64,000 nucleotides of DNA from Octopus sinensis (taxonomy: Eukaryota), in NCBI RefSeq assembly GCF_006345805.1, contig NC_043016.1, forward strand, positions 17,608,001 through 17,672,000. Reading direction: 5' to 3'. How positions within the stretch are numbered: the stretch's first letter is position 1; each line of letters starts with the position of its first letter. This document shows positions 26,354 through 40,289 of this stretch, in pieces. The notes below the pieces were generated by a model. It ran no database searches and had not been told where the DNA came from. It was given only the letters and a program-made list of their open reading frames with translations. Both the position numbers and the translations under genes were made by a program.

Positions 26354-27205
26354 TAATTTAGTAGGGGGGTGGGATTAGATGTTTCTCTCCAAAGAATTAT
26401 TGCTAAGAAAACAGTGGCACACCATTCCTGAAATTTTTGAATTTTTAGGAACCTAATGCAATATCAAAGCCCTTGGCCAGACTTTAAATCAACAAAACTT
26501 TTAGTGAATAAAATAGATTAACACCATTTATTGGATTAAATTTTGTTTTCTCGATTAAAAAATAGGGTCCATATCGACCATTCTGTTAGTTTTAGAAGCA
26601 ATGTGATTGTAGAATGTTAATAAACAAATTCAATTCAGTTTTCATGCTAATAAACGATACAAGCAATTTATTCACTGGAAAGGATTTAGACATTGAAATT
26701 CCGTTTTCCAGATGGTAAATATGATGACTATACATATAGAATGAATAAAAATTTGTTTAATAGTATAACTTAATTTTACAGCATATCAAAACACATCTTT
26801 TGATCGTCAGATTATCAAAGACACAAAGTTATGAAATGATTTAGAACCCGTATTTTAAATAGCAATTTTCCACAGATTTGCCACTGTTGGAGTGAGGAAT
26901 GTTCACTTCATGGTACCTGTTTACTGTTGGTAGATCATGACATGGGGGTGGTTAGGAACTTAAAGGTACATACATATCCATTATCAGGGGTTGAATAGGT
27001 TAGCTGGTTTTCATCCAACACAATAAAAATGCATAGCTTTACTAATAGAGATACAAAATTTGTCTAACGTGCGAATGCTTGTTGATTTACATTGTATATA
27101 GCAAGGGTGCATAACATTTCTTTATTTGGAACCGTATTCAAAAGTGAAACTATTTAAAGAAAAATTAAAATTGTTTGAAGGTAAAAGAAATAAAAATAAA
27201 GTTAC

Positions 27206-27626
27206 CTCCACAAATCATCATAAAGGTAGCAAATATTTTCTCGTTTACTGTATTGGCCGCCACATTTCCAAATCCTACGCTTGTCATGCAAGATAACGTA
27301 AAGTATAATGAAGTCATGTATCGCATGTCCTTGGTCGGACCACCGTTTAAATCCTCACTTCCTAGTTCCGTTTTATTTATATAAAATGGTTTCTTCGTCA
27401 CATCACTTAGTTTCGACATCCAGCCATATGAGATTAACTGTTTTGCTTCACTGTAGCCAATTGAATACCAGATACATGCAAACCAGTGGGCAAATAGTAA
27501 AAACACTAAGATAAGAAGAACCAGAAAGGCTGCGCCATATTCCAGATAGTGGTCCAGCTTTCGTACCACACGACCGAGGCGAAGGAGTCGGACCACTTTT
27601 AGAGCACTAAACAATGTGCTGATACT
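27206..27626 (-). CDS. eag: Internal exon of an ether-a-go-go (Eag/Kv10, KCNH1/5-like) voltage-gated K+ channel: S4, S5, pore helix/filter, start of S6
   Basis: Translation SISTLFSALKVVRLLRLGRVVRKLDHYLEYGAA...AHWFACIWYSIG...SLYFTLSCMTSVGFGNVAANTVNEKIFATFMMICG has the Eag-subfamily S4 and GFG filter. Acceptor ttttctatttccAG precedes 27626 and donor G|GTAACT follows 27206. Length 421 = 140 codons + 1 (phase 0 to phase 1). Confidence 0.96.
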
Positions 27627-27919
27627 CTGGAAATAGAAAACAATTATTGATAAGTTAATAAGAATTAAAAAAAATATATCATTAAAGCGATAAAATAACT
27701 TTGTAAATTATAAATTCGTGAAATGAAGTAAAATGAAATAATGGAACGATAAATTAAGTAAAATTATAATTACTTGATAAACAAAAGAACCATTCATGTT
27801 ACATATATAAAATCAGCTAAAATCATGAATAGTATAGAATAATATAGCAGGTTTCCATTAATCTATATTCTATATATAATTTTATTATAGTTGATCAGTA
27901 GAAAAGTAATTATCAATAT

Positions 27920-28430
27920 ACTTCAACTTTATCCTGATTGGGATATAAGGCTTCACCGATTCAACGCCATTTAAATCTATTTTCAAGCAGCTCTCTATCT
28001 TGTCCCCTGTAAGACCCATTTTCACTGCTCTCCTTCAACTGATCTATGCCAGCTGTTATTTGGCTGCCAGGATTCCACTTTCCAGGTATCGCTCGTCTTT
28101 ATACGATCTTTAGTATCCTGCTCTAGTGCATTCTGAGTGCATGACCCAGCCATTTTAACTTCCGGCATTTTATTTCAAGCATCACACTATAGCAAGAAAT
28201 TTTCTGTATGGTTCTTCATTTGAAACTTCCTCGGGTCATAAGATGAGGCAGATTTTCTTCAGGCCTCAATTGTGGAAAGCACTAATCTGATTCATGCCTC
28301 CCTTTTTCCCACCAGCATTCTGAGTCAACATTAAGACAGAGATGAATACAATTTATAAGATAACCAACCGGTTTTGTACCAATTAGCCAGAGTCAGAAAT
28401 AAAGACGGCATCCCCTTATAGCAACTGAAA
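27920..28430 (-). mobile_element. RTE-clade LINE 3' fragment (decayed)
   Basis: Minus strand: IKCRKLKWLGHALRM..GKWNPG..DR...KWR, matching the RTE C-terminal RRLRWxGHVxRM motif. Confidence 0.65.
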
Positions 28431-29684
28431 GTAAGGAAGTAGAAAGATGAGCCCAACACTTCCTGGATATGCTGAACCGCCCTCAGCCAGAACCTCAGCT
28501 GAACCGACCTCAGCCAGACGAAACCACAAAGGATCAGTAAATGTCCCTAAATGTTATTCGAACAGCTTATACATTTGAAACTTCTTCTTCTGCGAAACAT
28601 AGCATAAAGTGTTTCCATTCTATGGTTTTCTAACTTGTAATTTCTCATGTGAGCGTAAACAAGTATATCAACTTGGGTTATTACTTTTTCTCAAATAGGT
28701 ATTTTCAAAAACTATAATTCACTTTATTAATGTTATACCTTGTAAAAAAAATCCAAGACTGGAACTCGATAATTTTAGGAAAACTGTTTTACAATTATGT
28801 ATCAAGAGATGATATTACCTACTAGAAATAAAAATAGGAACTTTCGACTGAATTTGATCGTCTTACATCGCAGCCATTCTGTAGAATCTGGACATGTAGC
28901 ATTAAAAGTTGATGATTTACTAAATTACCATTCTACGATAGAATATAATGTTGAAGACAGTTGCTGTAATTAATGAGTTGAGTTGATAAAAATGGTTGCA
29001 TTGTTAAGAAGCGTAGTTCTGAATTCGATTTCATTAAGCAGTTATCTTGAGCAAATATCTTCAATCTCAGCCTCAAATCAACGCAAACCTTATTCATGAT
29101 AAAAACTGTACAGAAGCCCGACTGGTAGACAGTATCTGCTTTTAGGTTGTAGAACTAGTCTTCATCCGGTTTAATGCCACTGGCCAGTATCGGGTGGTGT
29201 TGGTGAGTGAAATCCATTGTGATGCGAGAATTTAAATAAGGTTTTCGGCATGAGAATAACTGATAAGTTGTTATGCTTCGATGAATCAGTTTCTTCACTC
29301 CTTTTAACAAACCACCTATGGAAGTTTTTTGCAAAACTTATGTGCGTTGCCTTTTAACTTTTGATAAAAATATATAAATGTCGAAATAAAGAAAATAAAG
29401 TCCAAAAGGGTTAGTCTCTTTTTATCTTGGTCCATCAAATACCATCGTATCATTGTAATTATTTGATAAGCAGATATGCACTGACTCCCGCCCACCGAAA
29501 TGGGTTGCTTAATGCAATCCATTTCAGTGATCGAAATAATTCACTGAGTGAACTAACGAAAAAGTATTGGCTTTTTTGCAAGTATTTAACATTTCTCTCC
29601 ATGCGTTTCCATGTCTCACTTTGAATGTATTTGCTTTAATCTCGCCTTGTACCCATGTTGGAAACAGTCATTTTTGTTATTGTT

Positions 29685-29803
29685 GCTGTTGTTGTTGTTG
29701 TTGTTGTTGTTGTTCTTCTTCTTCTTCTTCTTCTTCTTCTTCTTCTTCTTCTTCTTCTTCTTCTTCTTCTTCTTCTTCTTCTTCTTCTTCTTCTTCTTCT
29801 TCT
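29685..29803. repeat. (GTT)n(CTT)n compound microsatellite
   Basis: Direct inspection. Confidence 0.95.
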
Positions 29804-30454
29804 CCTTCGCTTTGCTACTTTTTTTTATTTGTTTAATAAAAACTTGACAAAGGAAAAGTTGTTTGTTTTGTGAGTGTGTTTTGTGCTTGTTTCTATTTGA
29901 ATTTCATAAAAGATAATTATATGAAATATTTTTTTTTCAAAAATAATATGAAAAAAATAAATAAAGAATATTTAGATATTTGTTTACAGCTTTTAGTTAT
30001 CAGCGACCGATAAATTTAAGAAAAATTGGAGGTGTATAAAAATTAATTAATGACTATCCTTGATTAATGACTATCCTTGATCGATATAGTAGATATTCAG
30101 TTTCATTTACTATTGATGGGCGTTCCGGTTGGAGCAAGGAAGACGTAACAGGACAAAAAAATGTTTATTACAGATTTTGTTTGTGAGAAACTGTATGACA
30201 AGATATCGCCATTGAAAGAGTTAAAATAGGAAATTATGTAACTGAAGCGTGAAGAGAAGAGATCATTTTAATAATTAAAGGCGGAAGATTATACACCACA
30301 TCAATAGGATAGTAGCTCCAGAGGGAGCACGTTCGTATCATTTGTACAATTTACTTTTCTGAGGCCGTCTAAAATCCATATTATACACGGAGCGGGGTCC
30401 TCCCACTTCTGCATGGATGACTAGCAATATGCACATGTGAACAGTTATAAGTAA

Positions 30455-31085
30455 GTAAGTGAGTATGTATGTATGGATGTATGTATGTATGTATGTTTGT
30501 ATGTTTGTAAGTATGTATGTATGTATGTATGTATGTATGTATGTATGTATGTATGTATGTATGTATGTATGTATGTATGTATGTATGTTTGTATGTATGT
30601 ATGTATGTATGTATGTATGTGTGTATGTATGTATGTATGCGTGAGTATGTATGTGTGTATGTATGTGTGTGTGAGTATGTATGTGTGTATGTATGTATGT
30701 ATGTATGTATGTATGTATGTGTGTATGTATGCGTGAGTATGTATGTGTGTAAACGTATGTATGTGTGTACGCATTCAGGTATGTATATGTAATGCATGCG
30801 TGTATGTATGTATGTATGTGTGTGTATGTATGTATGTATGTATGTATGTATGTATGTATGTATGTATGTATGTATGTATGTATGTATTGTGTGTGTGTGT
30901 GTGTGTGTGTATGTATGCATGCATGCATGCATGAATGCATGTATGTATGTATGTATGTATGTATGTATGTATGTATGTATGTATGAATGTATGTATGTAT
31001 GTATGTATGTATGTATGTATGTATGTATGTATGTATGTATGAATGTATGTACGAATGTATGTATGAATGTATGTATATATGTATG
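30455..31085. repeat. (TATG)n microsatellite
   Basis: Direct inspection. Confidence 0.96.
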
Positions 31086-31403
31086 CACAGTAAGATAACA
31101 GGGTAACGCCTTTAGCAGGAGACATTAAAAAAGTAAAGGAAAAGGCTGTTTTTCTCTCTACAAAACGGAAAGTTGCATTATGGAACAGTCATTTTAATGA
31201 GTTGTTTTTTTATTTATTTATCACACCGACGAGATACGCTTGCACCACCGAATACTTCTGAACCAGTTGTTGTGTGTCCCACAAGAAGAGTCGATGCTAA
31301 ATGTGTCGAAACAATTGTTGTGATTAATAATATATTCTCGCATATTCCATTTTCTGTCTTTCATTTGTTATCTATATACATATACATACATACATTATGT
31401 ATA

Positions 31404-31474
<71 letters not shown>

Positions 31475-31482
31475 TATATATA

Positions 31483-31679
31483 GGCGCAGGGGTGGCTTTG
31501 TAGTAAGTAGCTTGCTCACCAACCACATGGTTTGGGTTCAGTCCCACTGCGTAGCACCTTGAGCAAGTCTTTCTTTCTACTATAGCCTCGGGCCGACCAA
31601 AGCCTTGTGAGTAGATTTGGTAGACGGAAACTGAAAGAAGCCCATCGTTATATATATATATATAATATTATGTGTGTGT

Positions 31680-31730
<51 letters not shown>

Positions 31731-31965
31731 ATGTGTGTATGTGTGTGTGTGTGTGTGTTTGTGTGTCTGCGTTTTTCCTCACACCATCGCTTGACATCCG
31801 ATGTGTTTACGTCCCCTTCACCTAGCGGTTCGGCAATAAAAAAACGATAGAACAAGTACCAGGCTTACAAAGAATAAGTCTAGGGGTCGATTTGTTTCGA
31901 CTAAAGGCGGTGCTCCAGCATGACCACAGTCAAATGACTGACACAAATAAAAGAATAAAAGAAAA
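31483..31965 (+). mobile_element. tRNA-derived SINE with internal (TA)/(TG) microsatellite (family B here)
   Basis: ggcgcagg.gtggct..gggttcagtcccactgcg..ccttgagcaagt..tagcctcgggccgaccaaagccttgtgag; tail ggggtcgatttg..cgactaaaggcggtgctccagcatg. Confidence 0.85.
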
Positions 31966-31979
31966 GAATATATATATAT

Positions 31980-32295
31980 ATACACATACATACATACATA
32001 CATACATTCATACATACATACATACACATACATACATACATACATACATTCATACATACATACATACAAACATACATACATACATACATACATTCATACA
32101 TACATACATACATACATACATTCATTCATACATACATACACATACATACATACATACATACATACATACATACATTCATACATACATACATACATACATA
32201 CATACATACATACATAAATACATACATACATACATACATACATTCATACATACATACATACATACATTCATACATACATACATACACACACACAT

Positions 32296-32326
<31 letters not shown>

Positions 32327-32625
32327 TACATACATATATACATAAATACATACAACGCACATACATACATACATAAATACATACACACATACATACATAC
32401 ACATACATACATACATACATAAATACATACATACATACATACATACATACATACACATACATACATACATACATAAATACATACACACATACATACATAC
32501 ACATACATACATACACATACATACATACATACATAAATACATACATACATACATACATACATACATACACTCGTACATACATACATACATACATACATAC
32601 ATACATACATACATACATACATACA

Positions 32626-32655
<30 letters not shown>
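31980..32655. repeat. (ATAC)n microsatellite
   Basis: Direct inspection. Confidence 0.96.
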
Positions 32656-32657
<2 letters not shown>

Positions 32658-32659
32658 GG

Positions 32660-33470
32660 ACATGGATATAATTTTTTTGTTCTAATAAATGGAATTTACC
32701 AATGCGCCTTTAGGAGAGATCTGTACCAACTCCTTTTTCCTGATTCTCCTCAAGTTCATTAGCAATTCTAATTATATTTTGCATTGCATTGTCACAAAAT
32801 TACACAAATTAGTTATTGGTATCTCTCGTGTGCTGCACATGCTTTTTTTCAGTGTCACAATCTATGCTTCATGTGACATCAATACAGATTTAAAATGGTG
32901 GCCTCCTTCGTTGCTTGGGAAGCATAGCCTATCTACATCTTTGATGATGAAGTTTCGTGTAACACTGCGCAGCTTGCGAATTCGTACGTCTATGTCATCG
33001 AGATCTTGAAGTAACCAGACCGGAAGGCTAAATATGGGCGTAAGGATAGACATTGCAAAGGTGATATTCTCGATATACCTGCTGTAAACTGAGGGTTCAA
33101 AAGAGCATTTAAAAAAAAACTTTCATGAAGTGTTCATTCCTAATCTTTTCCTGACTGATGGTTCCATCATAACTGACATTCAAATCCTGTCCAAGATCCT
33201 TGTAGCTTTCCCCAGAGAGTAAAGACTGTAGAAAAGTGTTGCTCAATTTTAGTGTCTTGGGTGAGGACACTGTTTCCTGCATTTTACTGCCAAAACCAAA
33301 AAAACAAAACAAAACAAAACAAAACACATTTTGGTTATACCAAATTTCATTCCTATGTCTTTGGAGAATTGTGTTATGTGATCCAGTTGCTTTTTGATGG
33401 AGTTGATATCTGGATCATACAGCTTGAGGTTATCAACTAAGAAGCAAGGCGTATCAACTAATTGGCTTAA
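32660..33470 (-). mobile_element. RLE-clade (R4/Dong-like) RT fragment
   Basis: FLVDNLKLY..FSKDIGMKFGITK; ESYKDLG; RIRKLRSVTRNFIIKDVDRLCFPSNEGG. Confidence 0.78.
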
Positions 33471-34080
33471 TAGAATCACGCAGAGTACATACGGTGAAGT
33501 AATCCATTATCAGCGAAGAAGGCACTGATGAAGTTAAGACACTTTCGTAAACTATATTTTCAATAGTAGACGAAGTATTCAACGAAGATTAGCATATATA
33601 GTGAGGCGTAAAAAAGAAGCGAATGGATTTCAGAGTGTTGTTGCAATTGCTTCGTTAAGCGTTTTATTTCCATGTAAGCATAGCACAATTATTTAGGTTA
33701 TGCAATACACTCCCAAACTCGTCAGGTAACTTGTCAAAACCGATCGACAAAGTATATATATTTATATAATATATTATATATATATATATATTATATATAT
33801 TATATATATATACATACATACATACATACATACATACATACATACACACACACGCACACAAACACACATATATATATAGAATGATAGGTAGATAAATAGA
33901 TATACATACACACTATGGACATACTTCGTTGGTATGTGGTTTATGGCCGAAGAATATGTTTCAGATATTCCTCGACATATGAAACTATTAGTAGCACTTA
34001 AAGACATGTATTGTGTCCTTTAAATACATAATATTTATCTCTCACCAGATGGAGTACTTTCTTTGTTGAATTTTCTATCA

Positions 34081-34124
<44 letters not shown>

Positions 34125-34152
34125 ATATATATATTATATATATATATATATA

Positions 34153-35790
34153 ATCAGCACGTCCATCTCCTACAAATACACAGACTCACACTATTACCTC
34201 AACTTCTCCTCCTCCCACCCTAAACACACCAAGCTCTCCATCCCCTAATCCCAATTCCTCCCTCTACGCAGGCTCTGTAGTGACGACCATGCTTTTGAGA
34301 CTCAGTCTCAACTCATGGCTTGCCACTTCATCCTACGTGGATATTCCCTCACCACTATCCACACCATCCTTACCAGAGCATGTCCCGTGGACCGTGCATC
34401 TGCTCTCTTCCCCCGCACCGCCCCACCGTCTCCCGTTTCCCGTTTCTCTACCACCTACCTTTCCAACGCACCATTCTCCGAGTCTTCCGGCGACTGCAGT
34501 CCGACGAGCCCACTACCTACGAGACCTCTTGGTCCACAGCTTCTTCCCTAACCCAACCTCCCAACCCGGCTCGTTCCCCCGCTCCCGCCAACGCTGCCGC
34601 ACTTGCCCTTACCTCTCCAATACGACCCTTCTCACCAGCACTCTTCATCGAACCTATCATATCACTGACTCCTTCACCTGCGCTTTTATCAACGTCATCT
34701 ACTGCATCTCCTGCTTTCTCTGCCCTTCTCTATACATCAGTCAAATGGGACGCCGATTGACTGACAGGTTCACGGAATGCCTTCGAGACATCCGACTCGT
34801 CAATGACACCTCGGTCTCGAGCCATTTCCGCTCTACCGGTCACTCTTTGGAAAACCTGTCCGTGTTCGGACTGTCCTTGCACAGTGGCCATCCGGACTCC
34901 CGTCTTCGCCGTGAACAGGGATAATCTTCTCTCTTTTCTTCTTTGCGCCACATGGGCTCAACTCTCCTCCCCTCTTCATCTAACCCTTCTCCACTCTATC
35001 CTCTTCATCTAAACCTCCTCTCCTCTCACACCTACTTCCTCCCACCCACCGCTCCTCTCTTGCTCCGACTCCTACTTCTCTTCACTCCTAGTCTCCTTCT
35101 CTCTTCTCTTCACTCATACCCACCTTCTCTCTTCCACCTCTCCCTTCATCGTCAACCCTCCCCAGTAACCCCACCCCTACACAATTCAGCCCCACCTTCC
35201 CTATCCACCCATCCCATCCCACCCTCACTTACACCCACTCCCACATACCCCACCTCCACCCCACCCTACCATAACCTACGCCCCATCCTTGCTTTCCCCA
35301 CTCTTGCCTCCCCTACATCCCCACACTATATCACACCACACACCACCACACCACCATACCACGTCACACCACATCACATCACACTACATCACATCATACC
35401 ACCACGCACACACTAGCACTAACCACTTCTTAGACCCACACCATCATCCATACTCCTACACATGCATACACGCACACATCAAGGTCACCATCCCTCTTCC
35501 ACACGCACATAGACGCTCTCATATACATACGCTCACGCACCTTCGTTTTGGGATCACCACTACTTTATTATTTCCCCCTTCTTCCTATCTCTCTTGTGTG
35601 GCCCCTCTGTCCGGCATTCGCCATGATAGATCGTTAGCCACTACACATTCTTTATTTTCTCTCCTTTCTGTCTGTGTTCCTTTCTGTGGAAGAGCGTAGG
35701 CTCGAAACGTTAAAAACGTTTTCACTTCCCGAGTGTTAAACTAATACATCTGCTTGTTGTCTACACCACCTGTCTTCGTCTTTTGTTTTT
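34153..35790 (+). mobile_element. 5'-truncated Penelope-like element (RT thumb, Cys linker, GIY-YIG, pyrimidine-rich 3' region, hammerhead-like motif)
   Basis: TDSHYYLNFSSSHPKHTKLSIP*SQFLPLRRLCSDD..LRGY; RQRCRTCPYL; NVIYCISCFLCPSLYISQMGRRLTDRF; PHGLN. Confidence 0.9.
35681..35715 (+). ncRNA. Variant minimal hammerhead-like motif in the PLE 3' region
   Basis: UUU-CUGUGGA-A-GAGC(guag)GCUC-GAAACGUU-AAAA. The core differs from CUGANGA, but stem II, GAAA and the ACGU palindrome are present. Confidence 0.5.
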
Positions 35791-38399
35791 TGTGAATCCC
35801 CCCTCTCTATCTCTCTCTCTATATATATATATGAGGTATAATAAATTGCTGTTTGTACGTGTACAAGAGCAAAAAGTGAAAGAGAAGTTGAATCAATTAT
35901 TGAGTAGCTTTACTGGTAAAATACTTGTTCTGGCGCAGTCTTAAGTGTTAGTTGTATCAAGGATTACAACTTTGTGTCTCTGAAATCTAAAGAGGAGAAT
36001 GCTGTCGATTGACGGAAGGAAGCAGATTTTCAGTGAAACTGGTTTTACACAAGCTATACTTATAAATATTGATTCAAGTCTTTACAAGATATTATTGAAA
36101 ACTAAAAGACGGCTGGCTGGATCCGAAAGTTTGCACTTTTTTAATATGCATACACACACGCAAACATTGTCAGATGTCTCCACAATTTGGAATAGATATA
36201 CAAAGAAAACAAAGAGAAGAGAGAGAGAAAGATAGGGAGAGAGAAAGAGAGGGAAAAAGAGAAAGAGAGGGAGAAAGATAGAGAAAGAAAGAGAGAGAGA
36301 GATAGAGAAGAGAGAGAAAAACAGAGAGAAGTAGGAAACTAGTGTTTGTGTGTTTCAAAATGTATGTCAGTATGCGTTCTTGCAATGTCGAAAAGTTTGG
36401 TGTGAATATGACCATCACAGTGACACACCGAACGTTCGTTAATCATGGTTAATTGCTTTTTTTGTGACATTAAAAACCGAACCACTTTATTACAACACAT
36501 TTGATGATGAAGTAAATACATCCGAGAAAGAGAGTATGGAAATTGTTGTGCCTGCGCAAACTGGAGCTGAAAGCAGATACAATGGCTCTAAGTACGATTT
36601 TGGAGTGTTTTGAGTTAAAGAGTGATTCTGCGAGAGTGGGCTTAGTAAACGAACAGAACCCCTGTCTACAGTCTAGAATGTAAGAAAATGTCGCAAAATG
36701 TTTGCTGTGCAAATGCACGGCTCACTTTCCTGATGGTCGTACGTGTTAATGCAGGGATTGTAGTCAGTTAAAATAACAATGAAATTTTCTCTCGGTATTT
36801 TAGGCTGTAATTCATGTTTTCAAAACTGCATTAAAGCACTTCGGATTGGTGTGAATAGAGTTTCCTTGAGTGCAACTATTATTTGTGTAAAGGGAATTTT
36901 TCTATATGCAGTTAGTTGTTTTAGATGTATCGAGGACGCAGCATGCTTACAGTCCAGAGAAGTAATCACGGATTGCTTAACATTGTTAAGTCATACTTTT
37001 TACATTTATGCTAATATACTTTAGCATTTAAAGCAAACACAAACTGTCGAACAGGTAGTTAGCACACTGGGTAGTTTACGGTTGTTAAACTGATAGTAGG
37101 CCAGAGTGTGAGATTTTACCCCCATTCGCGCATAATTGTTAATTTAGCCAAAGCGGAGAGACCACATTGTTAGGCCCAGTCATACGTTTATCAGGAACAA
37201 GCTTCCTGTTTGTACAGAAACCTCTCTCGCGATAAGAGAAATCAAACCAGTTCTTCTGACAGACAATCAATCATGCTTTATTTCATAATGCAAGGTTAGC
37301 AATATGCAAGGGGACTCCACGCAAAGTTTCTGCTCGTTAATGGAAAACATGAGTTATAATTAGCTTTTCTCCATTTCTCCGTGTTATTACCAGCTTCATA
37401 TATTGCAAGCTAGACTAAGCACCGAAGAAGTTATTGTTTGCAACGGAGCAATTTATTATCTAATGTAAAGAAAGACAGTGAGTTGATAACAGAACAGAGC
37501 GTTTCACAAAATACCTCGTTGTGTTTCAAAGCGCCTTATAGTGTTTTCCATTTTCAAATCCACTCATGGTTAGCAATACTTTCCATACATCGAGGGGCAA
37601 TATAGAATGTACCACTGATATAATCAGGACATGCCAATCGTTATATCCTATTACTACATTGATTAGACATATGTCTGATTACAAGAAAGCATTATATTAT
37701 TTAAGAAACAATTGGATTGTTTCTGAACAGAGTCCATTCGCATAGCTACTTTGCTGGCGTTATCACACGCATAAACTTTATACAGTTTATTTCATTCTTT
37801 AAAATAGATGAATTAGTATTTGCCTGCTGAGACAGAAATCGAGCCAGCTGTATGGACTGAGTACCGATTGTACGATTGAAACAGTACTCAATTTATCTGT
37901 CCTCTATGAGGAGAAACAAGAACGTAAACAGCTGAAGAGATCAGGTTTGACTTTTTAATATGAAACAAGTGCACAGATATACACACACACACGCACACAC
38001 ACGCACACAGACACACACATACACACACATACGCACGTATCAGATGTCATATATATACATGCACAAACGCACACATATATGTAAAGAATACTTCTCTCAA
38101 ACGATACACTGAAAACACGTCTATGTTAAAGATTTATCTTTTGTTATTAAAGATTTTTCATATTCCATTGTTGGAAAATATGTTTAGCTTGAACAGAAAA
38201 GGCTTGTACATTTATTAACACGTGAAGAAATTCTTGATTCTACTCGTGAAAATGACGATAAAATGGAGACATTTTATACGGATATGAAGACTGAGAAGAT
38301 CATGAAACAACAAAGGCGAGAGAAAATAAAATTCCAAACTAAACCGCTTCCCAAACTGCTAGAAAAGTATAACTCGAACACAAACTCCCGATTGCAATA

Positions 38400-38595
38400 C
38401 TTGCATGCATGTATACATACATACATACATACCTACCTACCTACCTACCTACATACATACATACATACATACATACATACATACATACATACATACATAC
38501 ATACATACATACATACGTACGTACGTACGTACATACATACATACATACATACATACATACATACATACATACATACATACATACATACATACATA
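38400..38595. repeat. (ATAC)n microsatellite, 5' flank of the second ATAC-family LINE
   Basis: Direct inspection. Confidence 0.95.
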
Positions 38596-38597
38596 AT

Positions 38598-39020
38598 ATT
38601 CAAGTGAAGACCTGAATAAAATATAAGCACAACAGACCTGATATAATGATGTGGGACAGAGAAGAGAAATTTGCTACCCAGCGGATGATAACATTAGGAG
38701 AAGATCAGTAAAAAAGAAAACACTTATGCTGAACTATTGAAAAATCTGCAGTTACTCTATCCAGATTACAAGTTCAGGCTTATGCCTGTAATTATTAGCG
38801 CCTGGAATATGTAAATATCAATCTTGAGAAATTAGGCTTTTCGAAAGGAGAAAGCTAATTCAAAGTCTACAAATCCAATCCATCTCTGGAACTGTAAATG
38901 TCTATAAAATTTTCCAGAAGTTTATCATTTAAATATATATATGAACATGTCTAGATATACAGTTATTTGCATGATAATACATACATAAAGCAAAACATAC
39001 AAATCTACACATATACATAC
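38598..39020 (+). mobile_element. ATAC-flanked RLE-LINE, copy 2 (shorter, with deletions)
   Basis: aagcacaacagacctgatataatgat.tgggacagagaagagaaa...tttatcatttaaatatatatatgaacatgtct aligns with 10626-11000. Confidence 0.87.
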
Positions 39021-39254
39021 ACATGGAGTGGCAGTGGGATGGTAACGTTAATACAGCTATCATTTACGAATATACACGCGACGCTCCATACATACTTTCG
39101 TAAATACATAAATACATGCATACACACACACATGTGCATACACATAACTAACTTTTAAAACGCCGAGGACGGAAAAAAAGGTGAGGAATACGTAACTTTA
39201 AGGAGAGACGGGGTAGATGGCTTTTCTGCTGTCTATCGCAAAGAAACACTGACA

Positions 39255-39642
39255 TGCAGACATACACGCATGCATACATAATACATACATACATACATAC
39301 ATACATGCATGCATACATGTATACATACATACGTACATACACACACACATACACACACACATACATACATACATACATATATACATACATACATACATAC
39401 ATATATACATACATATATACATACATGCATGCATGCATACATGCATACATGCATACATACATACATACATATATACACACATACATGCATACATACATAC
39501 ATACATATATACATACACACATACATGCATACATACATACATATATACATACATGCATACATACATACATACATATATACATACATGCATGCATACATAC
39601 ATACATACATACATACATACGTACATACACACACATACACAC

Positions 39643-39674
<32 letters not shown>

Positions 39675-39748
39675 GCATGCATACATACATACATGCATGC
39701 ATACATACATACATACATACATACGTACATACACACACATACACACAC

Positions 39749-39781
<33 letters not shown>

Positions 39782-39790
39782 CATACATAT

Positions 39791-39821
<31 letters not shown>

Positions 39822-39890
39822 CATACATGCATGCATGCATACATATATACATACATACATACATGCATATATACATACATATATACACAC
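39255..39890. repeat. (ATAC/ATGC)n microsatellite
   Basis: Direct inspection. Confidence 0.95.
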
Positions 39891-40289
39891 ACTGAAACCC
39901 GCATATACAAACGTACACAGGTAATCACGAGTTTGTATATACGTGCGCGTATTTCAGTGTGTGTGTGTGTGTGTGTGCACGTTTCAGTGAGTGCGTGCAT
40001 GCGCGCGCGTATGTGTGTGACTTCCTATAAATGTCTGTCTCTCTCTACTTTTGTGGAGTCTTCCCTGTTGCCGTCACATACTGTGAAATTTGGTATATTG
40101 AAATAATTTTCCACGTTAAATCCGATTTTGTTATTTATTTGTTCCAGAAAAAATTCAGAAAAATGTTAATGAAGTTTTAAATGTAATCAATGTTACCAAA
40201 TCAGAAAACAGGATTTGGAAGCTGGATTTTGGTATCTAAGGTTACTTGTAGCCCGATGTTAGGATTTTTTTTCTTTTCCAACAGTCTAA

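Noticed and set aside
28470-28520. Short direct repeats (ctgaaccg.cctcagccag x2; also a 17-bp duplication near 30050) as a CRISPR-like array
   Set aside because: Only two units, no spacers, eukaryotic context; these are simple local duplications.
32655-33470. Third example of ATAC targeting
   Set aside because: The polarity relative to the array is opposite to the other two copies and the junction is not a true 3' end, so adjacency may be coincidental.
33520-33555. CTGATGAAG..CTTTCGTAAAC hammerhead-like string
   Set aside because: GAAA is interrupted and there is no convincing stem I or III; likely chance.
36400-37700. Compositionally balanced region suspected to be a hAT or Helitron relic
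   Set aside because: I could not recover any diagnostic motif in any frame by eye. It needs a Dfam or tBLASTx search.
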